Shown piece after piece: positions 50,961 through 61,987 of a stretch of 64,000 nucleotides of DNA. The notes under the pieces are model-generated. The model saw nothing but the letters and a program-made list of their open reading frames with translations, searched no databases and was not told the DNA's origin. Origin of the DNA: an uncultured Chloroflexia bacterium (GTDB lineage Bacteria > Chloroflexota > Anaerolineae > Anaerolineales > UBA4823); the NCBI GenBank assembly GCA_963822175.1, contig CAWGGJ010000003.1:666287-730286 (forward strand). Reading direction: 5' to 3'. Made by a program: the position numbers and the translations under genes. Position 1 is the stretch's first letter. The number at the start of each line of letters is the position of its first letter.

Positions 50961-53900
50961 ATGAGGAATAAAGCTGCTTTCATAGTCATTATTTTTATTC
51001 TTAGCGGTGGGTTGACCTTTGCCTGGTTGTTAGGTGCCCAGGCTTCTCCGGGTGTTGCCGCTTCTCCCACTGCAGAGCTGCACGTCTGCCCATCGGCCTG
51101 CCCATATGAAAATGTGCAGGATGCGGTGGATGCTGCTACCGATGGGGACATCGTCAAAGTGGCTGAGGGCACCTATACCGGCGTGAGTGCCCGCGAAGGG
51201 ATCACCCAGATGGTCTACCTGAGCAAGACCATAACCATCCAGGGCGGCTACACCACCAGTGACTGGGTTACACCTAATCCGGAGGTCAATATCACCACGC
51301 TGGATGCCCAGGGGCAGGGGCGCGTGCTGTATATCGAAGGGGGTTATTGGGGTACTCCCACCATTGCTGGTCTTCATATCACCGGTGGTGACGCCCTCGA
51401 ACAAGCGAATGACCAAAATGGCGGTGGGGTGTACTGTTCACGGGGATACGGGATCACGCTTTCAAACAACCACATCTTCGAAAATACTGCCCAGGAGGGC
51501 GGTGGGGTCTATATGGATAGAGGCCATAACGCCACTTTTAATGGGAATACCATTAGCTCAAATACTGCCGAGGCGAATGGCGGAGGGATCGCATTTTTAC
51601 AAGGAGGAATATTATTAACTGAAAATGCCATCACCGCTAACACAGCTGGCCAGGGAGGCGGGCTGGTAACGCGATATAGCAATGTTACCCTCAATGGGAA
51701 CACCTGCAGCTTCAATATTGCTTATACTGAGGGTGGTTGTATGTTTGTGTTCAATAGCACGCTGGAACTCGATGCTAATGTCATTAATTCGAACATTGCT
51801 GAACGAGGTGGTGGGATGGCAAGTTTTGGTTCCCAGGAATCAGCAGGTTAACACACTTGTGGCCGACAACCTGGCCAGCCTGGAGGGATCTGGGATGTAT
51901 ATCTCAGGCTCCTCAATCCATCTTTGGCACACCACCCTGGTGCGCGACCTCGGGAGCCCGGTCAGCGGGATCGCAATCGGTAGCTGGAACCCCTGGTCAG
52001 GGTCAGACTCCTCGACGGTAGCTTTGACCAACACGATACTGGTGAGCCAAAACGTGGGGATGGACGTCACGGATGGCAGCCTGGTCGATGTAGACAACAT
52101 TCTTTGGTATAACACCCCCATCACTATATCGCAGGTGCTTTCGGCAGTGGTGATGGTAGAGAACCAGATCACAGGCGACCCAGACTTCATGGATCCAAGC
52201 AGTGGAGACTACCATATCGGTGTAGCTTCTGCCGCGCACGACGTCGGAATAGAGGCTGGGGTAACGACTGATATCGACAGCCAGGTGCGGCCAATGGGTT
52301 TCGGTTATGATCTTGGCGCGGATGAATTCGGCGAGGCTGCTTTAAGCCTGATTTTAGGTCCTTCCCTGGTGGGGGTAAACGTGGGGTCGGAATTGACCTA
52401 TCAGATCGTGCTGACCAGCAGTGGGACAATGAATACCAGCGGGGTGGTACTAACTGACACACTCGATACCATGCAACGGGCGATTGGGGTTGAGGCACCC
52501 GGTGGGAACTGCACGATCGAGGACCCGGGGTGGGGAGGCAGGGTGGTGTGCGCTCCTGGCACACTTTATCCCAACGAAGTCGTCACCATCTTGCTCACCG
52601 CCCAGGTGTCTGGCTCGGTTCCCTTGGGACAGGCAATGAGTAACCAGGTTGTGGCTAGTGCTAATGAGACGATCAACCGCACCAAACAGGTAACGGTGTA
52701 TGCCCAGGATTGCCATGTGCGCATTGGGAATGAGGTGACAGAATATTCTTCCGTCCAATACGCAGTGGACGCAGCCTATCCCACTGCACTGATCAAGGTG
52801 GCTGGCACCTGCATGGGTGTGTACGGCTCTGAGGGCTGGCAGCAACAAGGTTATCTGGATCAGAGCCTGACCATCCAGGGCGGCTATACCACCACCAACT
52901 GGACCACGCCGGATCCAGAGCTTAATATCACCACGCTGGATGCGCGCGGGCACGGGCGAGTGTTTTTCATCACTGAAACTGATGATATCGTCATCGATGG
53001 TTTGTATATCACTGGTGGGGATGCAAGCGAGCAACTTGGCGGTGAACATGGTCAGGGCGCAGGAGGAGGGCTGCTATGCTGGATTGCGCAAATTTCACTG
53101 ACCAACAACCACATCTTTGAAAACACCTCTGGAGGTATGTACACGGGTTTCTGCAACGGGGATATCATTGGGAACACATTCAGCGAAAATATTGGCACCG
53201 GATTATATTTGCATGCCAGTGGGCCTGTGTATGTTATTGAAAATATCTTCGACTCGAACAGCGGTACAGATGGAGGTGGAATGTGGGTGGATAATACCGG
53301 CGCTTACCTCTACAGGAATATCTTCACCCATAACACCGCTGTTAATGGTGGTGGGCTGTTCCTGTACTTGAGTGGGCCGATGAACGAGGATGGGTCACCC
53401 GCGACTAAGTCACTTCTCAACGAGAACATCATCGTTTCAAATACAGCTGAACGTGGCGGTGGACTGGTAATCACAAATGACGGAAGTGGGACTGGCACCT
53501 TAACTAACACAGTTATCGTCGATAACCAGGCTAGTATCGAGGGTGCTGGGATATATATTAATCAAGCTCTCAATGTCAAATTGTTGCAGACCACTCTTGC
53601 CCGCAATCGCGGCGGGGATGGCAGTGGCGTGTGTATTGGTGAATCACCCATAGGAGGTCAACAGCCATGGCACTCTACCGTGGTCATGACCAACACCATC
53701 CTGGCCTTTCAGGATATAGGAATCCGGGTGACTGAAGCGAGTACCCTCACTGTAAATGGTGTACTATGGTTTGCCAATACAGATGATGTCTGGCAATCGA
53801 ACGATGCCACGGTGTACCTGTCAAACGAACATACTGGCGATCCGCTCTTCCTCAACCCCGATTTCGGTGACTATCACATTGGCGAACCTCTGCCGCCCGG

Positions 53901-54032
53901 GATATGGGTGTGCCGAGTGGAGTATCGTTGGACATAGACGGCGAGCGTCGTCCGATGGGTCCAGCCTGGGACCTGGGTGCAGACGAGTACTTCCTGAACT
54001 CGCTCTTTCTGCCATTGACCCTGCGGAATTAA
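50961..54032 (+). pseudogene. beta-helix/DUF11 surface protein paralog B, two frameshifts (near 51845 and 53885)
   Basis: ORFs 50946..51851 and 51682..53937, plus a third-frame tail ending LFLPLTLRN at 54032, together reconstruct one ~1020-aa homolog of copy C. Confidence 0.75.
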
Positions 54033-54073
54033 TAAAACTAGATATTTATCTGAGGTCTTCCAGTTGGTAAAAA

Positions 54074-54108
54074 ACATACGCCTCGCATGATGCGAGGCGT
54101 ATGTTTTA
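54074..54108 (+). terminator. intrinsic terminator after copy B
   Basis: 14-bp perfect stem ACATACGCCTCGCA / TGCGAGGCGTATGT followed by a T run. Confidence 0.8.
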
Positions 54109-54237
54109 CTCGACACGATGGATTAATTCCCAAATTACTAACTTTTTTTCCCTGATTTGTGGTATTAAAATTGATGCCTTTCTGAGGCAAACAGGATCGC
54201 TTATAGAAAATTATTGATATGTTTGTCTAGTTTAGAG

Positions 54238-54265
54238 TTGCATTTATAAATATTAGCGCGATAAT
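54238..54265 (+). promoter_or_regulatory. promoter candidate of beta-helix copy C
   Basis: TTGCAT, 16 nt, GATAAT. Confidence 0.45.
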
Positions 54266-54381
54266 TGGATAAGTATCCGTACACTCCACTTTTCTGACCA
54301 GGGGAGGCAGAGATAAGCAGAGCAGGAACAGCCAAAGTGGAATCATCATTCAATTGCTATCATGAAGCGAGGAGGGTTACC

Positions 54382-57300
54382 ATGAGGAAAAAAGTTACTT
54401 TCATAGTCCTTATTTTTATTCTTAGCGGTGGGTTGACGCTTACCTGGTTGTTGGGTGCACAGGCTTCTCCGGGTGTTGCCGCTTCTCCCACTGCAGAGCT
54501 GCATGTCTGCCCATCCGGCTGCCCATATGAAAACGTGCAGGATGCGGTGGACGCAGCCAATGAGGGAGATATCATCAAAGTGGCGGAGGGCACCTATACC
54601 AGCGTGAGTGCCCGTGAAGGAGTCACCCAGACGGTCTACCTGAGCAAGACGCTCACCATCCAGGGTGGCTACACCACCAGTGACTGGGAGACCCCAGAAC
54701 CGGAGGTCAACATCACCACGCTGGATGCTCAGGGGCAGGGGCGGGTGATCACAATCAAGGGCGAAATTGCATCCACCATTGCTGGACTGCACATCACCGG
54801 TGGCAATGCCCTGGTGATGGATGATAACCATAATGATGGGGGCGGCATTTATACCCAACTGAATATGTTACCTGCTGGCACTGTCCTGACGCTGAAGGAC
54901 AACCATATCTACGGGAACACCGCCTGGAGTGGCGGGGGAGCTTATCTTGACGGTCATGGTGATTACCTGCTGGAGGGCAACACCTTCGAAACCAATACTG
55001 CCAGCGATCGCGGCGGTGGGGCGGTGGTCTTCAACCAGTTTGCTACCCTGAACAACAACAATTTCGATCACAACAGCTGCGGCAGCATGGGTGGTGGGCT
55101 GGCAATCCTGTATGCCGACGCCATCCTGCAAAGCAACAGCTTTACCGAAAACGAGGCGGGGGAGGCCGGCGGTGGGTTGTTTGTGTACAACAGCTCCTTC
55201 GAGGCGGAGGGAGATTGGATCGTAAAGAACAGTAGCGGGCGCGGCGGCGGGTTGGCTGTTTTTGGTGAAATGAACCGCCATACCTGGCGGGATAACTGGA
55301 TGGTCAATGTAGTCGTCGCCTACAATGAAGCCACCACAGAGGGCTCCGGCATATACGTCGGCGGCTGCCCGTTGCACCTGTGGCACGCCACCCTGGTAAA
55401 TAACATCGGCGGAGGTGACAGTGGCATCCTGATCGGCGACTGGAATCCCTGGGACATCCCCACCACTTCCGAGGTCGAGCTGCTCAACACGATCGTGACC
55501 ACGCAGACCACCGGCATTGCGGTGGGAGACGGTAGCTCAGTGGCGGTCGACAGTATCCTGTGGTATGCGGATGCCATCACGCTCACCGAAGTGCCCGAAG
55601 CGGACGTCTCGATTGTCAACCAGTTCACCGGCGACCCAGCCTTTGCTGACCCACCCGCGGCAGACTTTCACCTCAATCCCACTTCAGCAGCACGCGACGT
55701 AGGGATGGTGAGCGGGGTAGCCAGTGATATTGACGGATGGGTGAGACCGATGGGTTTCGGCTTTGACCTGGGTGCTTTCGAACACCACGACGCAGCCATC
55801 AGCCTGTCTGCAATACCGCACCTGAGCGGCGCTAATATTGGGGAGGAGCTCACTTATCAAGTTGTGCTAACCAGCAGTGGTGCGGGAGACAACGTCAACG
55901 TGATCCTGACCGACACGCTGGATGCATGGCAGCGCCCTCTAACAGTTGATTCGCCAGATGGGAACTGCAGCATCGAAAATCCGGATTGGGGCGGCACAGT
56001 GGTCTGCGAACCCGGCAACCTGAACATCGGTGATGTGATCGATATCCAGGTGACAGTCGAAGTCGACGCTGCAGCATCACTGGGTGACGAGCTGATCAAC
56101 ACCGTGACCGCGCATGCAGACAAGGCTGCTAACACCGTCCAATCGGTGGTGTATGCGCAGGATTGCCACGTGCGCATCGGCAACAGCCCCACCGAGTATA
56201 CTTCGGTGCAGGAGGCAGTGGAGGCGGCCTATCCATACGCGCTGGTGAAGGTGGCAGGCACCTGCATGGGCGTCTATGGGCCGCAAGGAGCACGCCAGCA
56301 GGTCTTGCTCGAGCAGACACTGACCCTGCAAGGTGGCTATACCACCGCCAACTGGACCACGCCCGACTCTGAGACCAACATCACCACGCTGGACGCACGC
56401 GGATTGGGGCGTGTGCTGTTCATCAACACCCAAACGCCAGGTGGAACGTTGATCGACGGTCTGCACATCACCGGCGGGAACGGTGCTTACCAGGTGGGTG
56501 GGCATTCACCGTTCGAACACTTTGGAAGCCGCGGCGGTGGGGTGTATGTGTATGGCTCTGACCCCACGTTTTCGAACGATCACATCTACGGCAACATCAC
56601 TCCTGAGGAAGGCGGAGGCATGGCGACCAGCTTCTGCAACTGTACGGTCCGTAACACCACCTTTTCCGGCAATACGACGCTGACGGTGGGAGGTGGATTG
56701 TCAGCCCATGCCGGTGCCGCTGAAGTGTATGACAGCCTTTTCGAAGGGAACAGCGCAGAGACCGGTGGCGGATTCGGTTCAGCTGCAGCGGGGGGTGGTC
56801 GTTTCTTCCGCACCACCTTCATCAATAATCATGCCACTGGTTACGGCGGCGGTTTAGCACTTGAAACGGCAGCCTGGCTGAATGAGACAGTGATCCTGAA
56901 CAATACGGCAGAGCGCGGGGCGGGGATTGCCTTTTTCGAAGGGATCAGCCCATTTAGCCCCTATGCCGTTCTGACCAACACTGTCATAGCCGACAACCAG
57001 GCGACGTTGGAAGGCGCGGGGGTTTTCATCCCTTCGGGAGGGGCGGTGAAAATGCTGCACACCACCCTGGCACGCAATATTGGTGGGGATAGCAGCGGTG
57101 TGACCCTGAGCTGGTACGACTGGATGTCGCCTGGAACTTCGACTCTACTGATGACGGATACCATCCTGGCATATCAAGACGTGGGAATCAAGGTGAGTGA
57201 TGCCAGCACGATCACGGTAAATGGGGTATTGTGGTTTGCCAATACAGATGATGTCTGGCAATCGAACGATGCCACGGTGTACCTGTCAAACGAACATACT

Positions 57301-57498
57301 GGCGATCCGCTCTTCCTCAACCCGGATAACGGTGACTATCACATAGGCGAGACATCTGCTGCACGGGATATGGGTGTGCCGAGTGGCGTGACGTGGGATA
57401 TAGATGGCGAGCGCCGTCCAATGGGTCCAGCCTGGGACCTGGGTGCAGACGAGTATTTCCTGAACTCGATCTTTCTGCCATTGACCCTGCGGAATTAA
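54382..57498 (+). CDS. secreted right-handed parallel beta-helix (PbH1-type) repeat protein with a central DUF11-like domain, paralog C (intact)
   Basis: GAGGAGGG RBS and signal peptide. Two homologous modules are present (cap C..C.YE.VQ.AV.AA, then L.IQGGYTT..W, then GGG-containing helix turns, then GDP.F..P..GDYH...SAARD.G......DIDG..RP.G...DLGA.E). They are separated by a DUF11-like fold (LTYQVVLTSSG...C). Confidence 0.85.
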   Translation: MRKKVTFIVLIFILSGGLTLTWLLGAQASPGVAASPTAELHVCPSGCPYENVQDAVDAANEGDIIKVAEGTYTSVSAREGVTQTVYLSKTLTIQGGYTTSDWETPEPEVNITTLDAQGQGRVITIKGEIASTIAGLHITGGNALVMDDNHNDGGGIYTQLNMLPAGTVLTLKDNHIYGNTAWSGGGAYLDGHGDYLLEGNTFETNTASDRGGGAVVFNQFATLNNNNFDHNSCGSMGGGLAILYADAILQSNSFTENEAGEAGGGLFVYNSSFEAEGDWIVKNSSGRGGGLAVFGEMNRHTWRDNWMVNVVVAYNEATTEGSGIYVGGCPLHLWHATLVNNIGGGDSGILIGDWNPWDIPTTSEVELLNTIVTTQTTGIAVGDGSSVAVDSILWYADAITLTEVPEADVSIVNQFTGDPAFADPPAADFHLNPTSAARDVGMVSGVASDIDGWVRPMGFGFDLGAFEHHDAAISLSAIPHLSGANIGEELTYQVVLTSSGAGDNVNVILTDTLDAWQRPLTVDSPDGNCSIENPDWGGTVVCEPGNLNIGDVIDIQVTVEVDAAASLGDELINTVTAHADKAANTVQSVVYAQDCHVRIGNSPTEYTSVQEAVEAAYPYALVKVAGTCMGVYGPQGARQQVLLEQTLTLQGGYTTANWTTPDSETNITTLDARGLGRVLFINTQTPGGTLIDGLHITGGNGAYQVGGHSPFEHFGSRGGGVYVYGSDPTFSNDHIYGNITPEEGGGMATSFCNCTVRNTTFSGNTTLTVGGGLSAHAGAAEVYDSLFEGNSAETGGGFGSAAAGGGRFFRTTFINNHATGYGGGLALETAAWLNETVILNNTAERGAGIAFFEGISPFSPYAVLTNTVIADNQATLEGAGVFIPSGGAVKMLHTTLARNIGGDSSGVTLSWYDWMSPGTSTLLMTDTILAYQDVGIKVSDASTITVNGVLWFANTDDVWQSNDATVYLSNEHTGDPLFLNPDNGDYHIGETSAARDMGVPSGVTWDIDGERRPMGPAWDLGADEYFLNSIFLPLTLRN

Positions 57499-57824
57499 GA
57501 TCACATCCTAGAAAGTAGGCTATACATCACACAATTATGAATGAAACGATGATATTTTAATCAATAAATAGGTTTTACAGACCATAGACGAACAACTTCT
57601 ACAATACCTGTTGTGTGGTTTATGGGTTGCATCAATAGACGTAAAGGTGGCACCTGATAACTACTTGGAGATGGCAAGGCAATTTCAATGTAATTCCAAT
57701 ACTTGGTGACTCCCAACAGGTGAACTCGGGTGTGTTGCGAATTTATCCCAGGGGAGATTAATGCTTCTAAAGTGCTGGAGATTTGATTTTCCAGGTAGAT
57801 AAATAACTTAGAAAGGAAGCAGAC

Positions 57825-59387
57825 ATGCAAACACGAAGATGGATACTAATACTTTTCGCTTTGGTAGCAGGATTAGTTTTAACAGCGGCTTTTCTTGCTA
57901 TTCTGGCGCGTCCCGTCTCAGCAGATGCAACCATTCTTTATGCTAAACCAGGCGGGGCAATCTCTGGATCGTGCGATAGCTGGGATGACGCCTGTGACTT
58001 GCAGTTCGCTCTCACCTCGGCCATCTCAGGCACCGAAATCTGGGTGGCGCATGGAGTGTACACACCCGGGATGGATATAGAGTCAACCTTCCAACTTAAA
58101 ATCGATGTTGCCCTTTATGGCGGCTTTGCCATGACTGAGACGCTACGCGACCAACGTAACTGGCAGCTCAACCTCACTGTGCTGAGCGGTGACATCGATG
58201 GCAACGATACCACCGACCCCAACGGCGTGGTGACGGATACGAATAATATCCATGGCAACAACGCCTTTCATGTTCTGGACGGCAGCGGGACCAACGCCAC
58301 TGCCATCCTGGACGGATTTACCGCCACAGCTGGAAATGCAATCGGAACTATCGGCTATTACGACGCCCTAGGCGGTGGGATGATTATTACACCATCCGGT
58401 AGTCCTACCGTTCAGAATATCAGTTTTATTGGCAACCATGCCAACGGTTATGGCGGAGGATTTTATAATGAAGGTAACCTGGTACTCTCCCATGTTGTTT
58501 TTATTAATAACACATGCAATAATGGGGGTGGGGGCATATTAACTTACGGGAGTCCCGTCCTCACCGATGTGGATTTCATCGGGAATCAGGCAGTTATCGG
58601 CGGAGGACTTAACATCCAGGGGAGTTACAATACCGTGACCATCAACCAGGCCAGATTTATCGGGAATCGCGCGTTTAGCAATACGTATTACACATATGGC
58701 GGGGGAATGTATGAAAATCAGGGAGAGGGCAGCAGCCTGAACCTGACAAATGCGATATTTAGTGGAAATATATCGACCTGGTACGGCGGTGGAATGGTAA
58801 TTTCTGTGGGTGATGTACAGATGACCAATGTTCTCTTCTACGGCAATTGGGCTGGCGATTCCGGAGGCGGGATGTCGATTTATCAAACCGCTCCTGAGAT
58901 GACGAATGTTACCTTCAGCGGTAACTGGTCAAATTATGGTGGGGGGATCTATATCGATGCACTTAACGGCTTCCCACTCAACCTAGCGAACAGCATCTTT
59001 TGGGGGAATTCCGGACCATATGGAAGTCAATTCGACAAACAAATCTGGATTCATGCTGGACTGGTGAACGCCTCGTACAGCGACATTCAAGGTGGATATA
59101 CCGGCGAAGGCAATATAAACGTTGACCCACAATTCACTTTTCCCATCACCGCCACCGTTGCACCCACCACCACCGGTGATTATCACTTACAGATCATCTC
59201 TCCCGCCATCGATGCTGGTGATAACCGAGCTATTGCTGTCACCACCGACCTGGACGGCAAAATGCGTAAAATGGATATAGCCAGTGTGCCCGATACGGGC
59301 TTCGGCACACCACCGATTGTGGATATGGGTCCTTACGAAGATGGCTTGGTTGTCAGGTTCTTCTTGCCCGTCATTTCAAAGGAATGA
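57825..59387 (+). CDS. secreted beta-helix repeat protein D
   Basis: Signal peptide, repeated N..GGG..(N/I) turns, and C-terminal TDLDG..R......DMGPYE followed by the tail FFLPVISKE. Confidence 0.8.
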   Translation: MQTRRWILILFALVAGLVLTAAFLAILARPVSADATILYAKPGGAISGSCDSWDDACDLQFALTSAISGTEIWVAHGVYTPGMDIESTFQLKIDVALYGGFAMTETLRDQRNWQLNLTVLSGDIDGNDTTDPNGVVTDTNNIHGNNAFHVLDGSGTNATAILDGFTATAGNAIGTIGYYDALGGGMIITPSGSPTVQNISFIGNHANGYGGGFYNEGNLVLSHVVFINNTCNNGGGGILTYGSPVLTDVDFIGNQAVIGGGLNIQGSYNTVTINQARFIGNRAFSNTYYTYGGGMYENQGEGSSLNLTNAIFSGNISTWYGGGMVISVGDVQMTNVLFYGNWAGDSGGGMSIYQTAPEMTNVTFSGNWSNYGGGIYIDALNGFPLNLANSIFWGNSGPYGSQFDKQIWIHAGLVNASYSDIQGGYTGEGNINVDPQFTFPITATVAPTTTGDYHLQIISPAIDAGDNRAIAVTTDLDGKMRKMDIASVPDTGFGTPPIVDMGPYEDGLVVRFFLPVISKE

Positions 59388-59532
59388 AGATCCCGACAGT
59401 GACAATGCAAGAAGGGACTAGTAAGCGCAGGAATTTCCTATCTTGCAGGCCTTGCAACCAGCTATATTAGGATGCTATATCCCGGGTAAGCATGCCTGCT
59501 GATTAATTAGGGTAGTTCATAATACCAAAATC

Positions 59533-59561
59533 GAAGGGTGAGTCTTCTGACTCGCCCTTTT
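59533..59561 (+). terminator. intrinsic terminator after gene D
   Basis: 11-bp stem AAGGGTGAGTC / GACTCGCCCTT with a 4-nt loop, followed by a T run. Confidence 0.8.
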
Positions 59562-59741
59562 TGATGATTCGATAGGATGCAAACCCATGCTCTTGATTTT
59601 ACAAACCCTGGCTACCCCCTCGTTACTGTTTCTATGAATAAACAATATTAAGGGAATTTACCAACTCAACAAGAGAAAACTTAAAATATTGCGGATTTCA
59701 CATAAACCCCTTGTATTTATTTACCCACTACAGACAGACAC

Positions 59742-61271
59742 TCATTTTATCATCACCGGAAGCCAGAAATTCACCAGGATCACATACTCAAATGATCCAA
59801 TGTCATTTGCAGCACCTTGCGGACGGGGCATACCGCGCTGATCCACAGTCACCGGATGACCATCGGGATCCGTGGAAGATGCAGCATCGATCGCCGGACT
59901 ACCTGCTAATAATGCATGCGTTGGGGTATATCCGCCATGATATCCCAGTGGTCCGAGCATGGGGTTTTCCCCATAAATGTTGCCGGTCTGATCGCCTGTG
60001 ATGGTGCAACCGCTTGTATTTTGGATCAGATTGTAACCATAGGAACTGAATGTTCCAAAGCAATCCGGTCCGTTCGGGCCATCACCACCCGCCAGCAAGG
60101 TATTTTTCAAAATCACCAACGTGCCGAAATTATAGATTCCACCGCCGCCTGCTCCGCCGGCTGAGTTGCCACTTAAGCTGACGTTAGTCAGCGTCAAAGT
60201 GGACTCGCTGGAGTTGTACAACCCTCCGCCCCGGTTGCCGGCAGTGTTACCACTGAAGGTGACATTCAACAGCGTGGAAGTACCAAGATTAATCATCCCA
60301 GCGCCTTGGTCATTGGCAGAGTTACCGCTGAAGGTGACGTTGGTTAGCGTGGATGTCCCAGGATATTCGGTGATCATTCCTCCACCACTGAGATTGATGG
60401 CGGAGTTATCCATGAAGTTAACGTTCATCAGCGTGGCAATATTAGTGTTCGTCATCCCTCCACCATGGTACTTGGCGGAGTTACTGAGGAAGGTGACATT
60501 CGTCAGTGTGGCTGTGCCAGGGATACCGTTGAACATCCCACCGTTTTTAGGAGCGGAGTTGCCAACGAAAACGACATCCGTCAACATGGCAATACCAGCA
60601 TTATGCATCCCGCCACCGTTTCCATCATATGAGGAAGGTGTGGCAAAGTTCCCGTTGAAGACGACGTTCGTGAGCGTGGCGGTGCCAGTGTTATAAATTC
60701 CACCGCCGTAAACATCCGTGGAATTCGTGTTGAAAATAACGTTTGCCAGGGTTGCGTTGCCATAATGATTGTACAACCCACCGCCACCATGCTGGGCAAA
60801 ACTACCACTAAAAGTGACATTCATCAGCAAAGTTGTACCAGAGTTATACATCCCGCCGCCTGAATTAATAACACCAGTGGCAAAACCATTGGCAATGGTC
60901 AGACCTATAAAAGCCGTGCTTCCAGCCGTTACACGGAAAATTTGAGAAGCATGGTTACCATCGACTGTCAGGCTATCCGGTCCGGGACCATTGATGGTCA
61001 GATTTTTATCAATAAATAACGGACCCAGATTTAAGACGATCGTCCCACTAACACTGAAGTTAATCGTATCCCCAACATCTGCAACCTGGATCGCATCTCG
61101 CAGCGAGCAATCACCATCGCTGCAGCTGCCGTCGTTTTCATCGGCAAGGGTATTAACGGTCAGCGTGGCTGCCAGGGTTTGTTTCGGTGACAGCCCACCA
61201 CTGATCATCATTACACAAAGGAGGAGGACGAGAAATATTCTTGATTGGCTGATATTTCGATTGGTGGACAT
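59742..61271 (-). CDS. secreted beta-helix repeat protein E (CSLRDAI-type N-terminus, resembling what NCBI names choice-of-anchor Q)
   Basis: Signal peptide, DGDCSLRDAI motif, about 14 GGG-containing turns, and VDQRG.PRP.G...DIGSFE followed by the tail NFWLPVMIK. Confidence 0.8.
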   Translation of the reverse strand: MSTNRNISQSRIFLVLLLCVMMISGGLSPKQTLAATLTVNTLADENDGSCSDGDCSLRDAIQVADVGDTINFSVSGTIVLNLGPLFIDKNLTINGPGPDSLTVDGNHASQIFRVTAGSTAFIGLTIANGFATGVINSGGGMYNSGTTLLMNVTFSGSFAQHGGGGLYNHYGNATLANVIFNTNSTDVYGGGIYNTGTATLTNVVFNGNFATPSSYDGNGGGMHNAGIAMLTDVVFVGNSAPKNGGMFNGIPGTATLTNVTFLSNSAKYHGGGMTNTNIATLMNVNFMDNSAINLSGGGMITEYPGTSTLTNVTFSGNSANDQGAGMINLGTSTLLNVTFSGNTAGNRGGGLYNSSESTLTLTNVSLSGNSAGGAGGGGIYNFGTLVILKNTLLAGGDGPNGPDCFGTFSSYGYNLIQNTSGCTITGDQTGNIYGENPMLGPLGYHGGYTPTHALLAGSPAIDAASSTDPDGHPVTVDQRGMPRPQGAANDIGSFEYVILVNFWLPVMIK

Positions 61272-61857
61272 AAAATAATCCCTCCTGGTGTGGATTTATA
61301 TTTACTTGCAGTCCCGAATAGTTATAAATATGATCACTCGCCCACTTACCTGATCACCTTTAATTTCCCTGTACCTCCAACCCCCATGTTTTATTCATAA
61401 AATGCGCTCATTCAATATACATCTTTTTTTGTGAAATGCAAGCATAATTCTTGCTTTTTTAATTAACCCTGAATTCAGATTACTGGTAGAGCAGTCGTTT
61501 GGTATTAATTCAAGCTACCATCCTTCCTCTTTCCCGTTTCTGGTCTTTGATATAGGCTTAATTGCAACATTTGCACTCGATATGTCTACAGGGATATACT
61601 GCCTGCAGTAAATTAATTTGCGGGTATGGGGATGATAGATTAACCACAGTTGCCTGCTCTCACTTCGATAGGACGGAGCACTCAGATGGTTGTTATCTCC
61701 TCCCAGCACATCACCTAACACGACCCATGTTATTTCCCTATGATTTATCGCTAACCTTTCCAGTTAATACCTATACTAAGTGACTAATCACGAATTGCTG
61801 ATCTCTGATACCAAAACATGAGAAATCTTAAAAAATCACAATAACCGCACAAACACC

Positions 61858-61885
61858 TTGTAAAATAGAACATTTGTACTATAAT
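61858..61885 (+). promoter_or_regulatory. sigma-70-type promoter candidate
   Basis: TTGTAA, 16 nt, TATAAT, about 100 nt upstream of the ORF at 61988. Confidence 0.55.
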
Positions 61886-61987
61886 GCAAATATGATCAGC
61901 TCATTCATCCACAAATCTAACAGATTCTCTTCCAAATCTTATTCGTTTCGATTCGTTTTTTATTAAAACGACTACTTTTTTACATAC

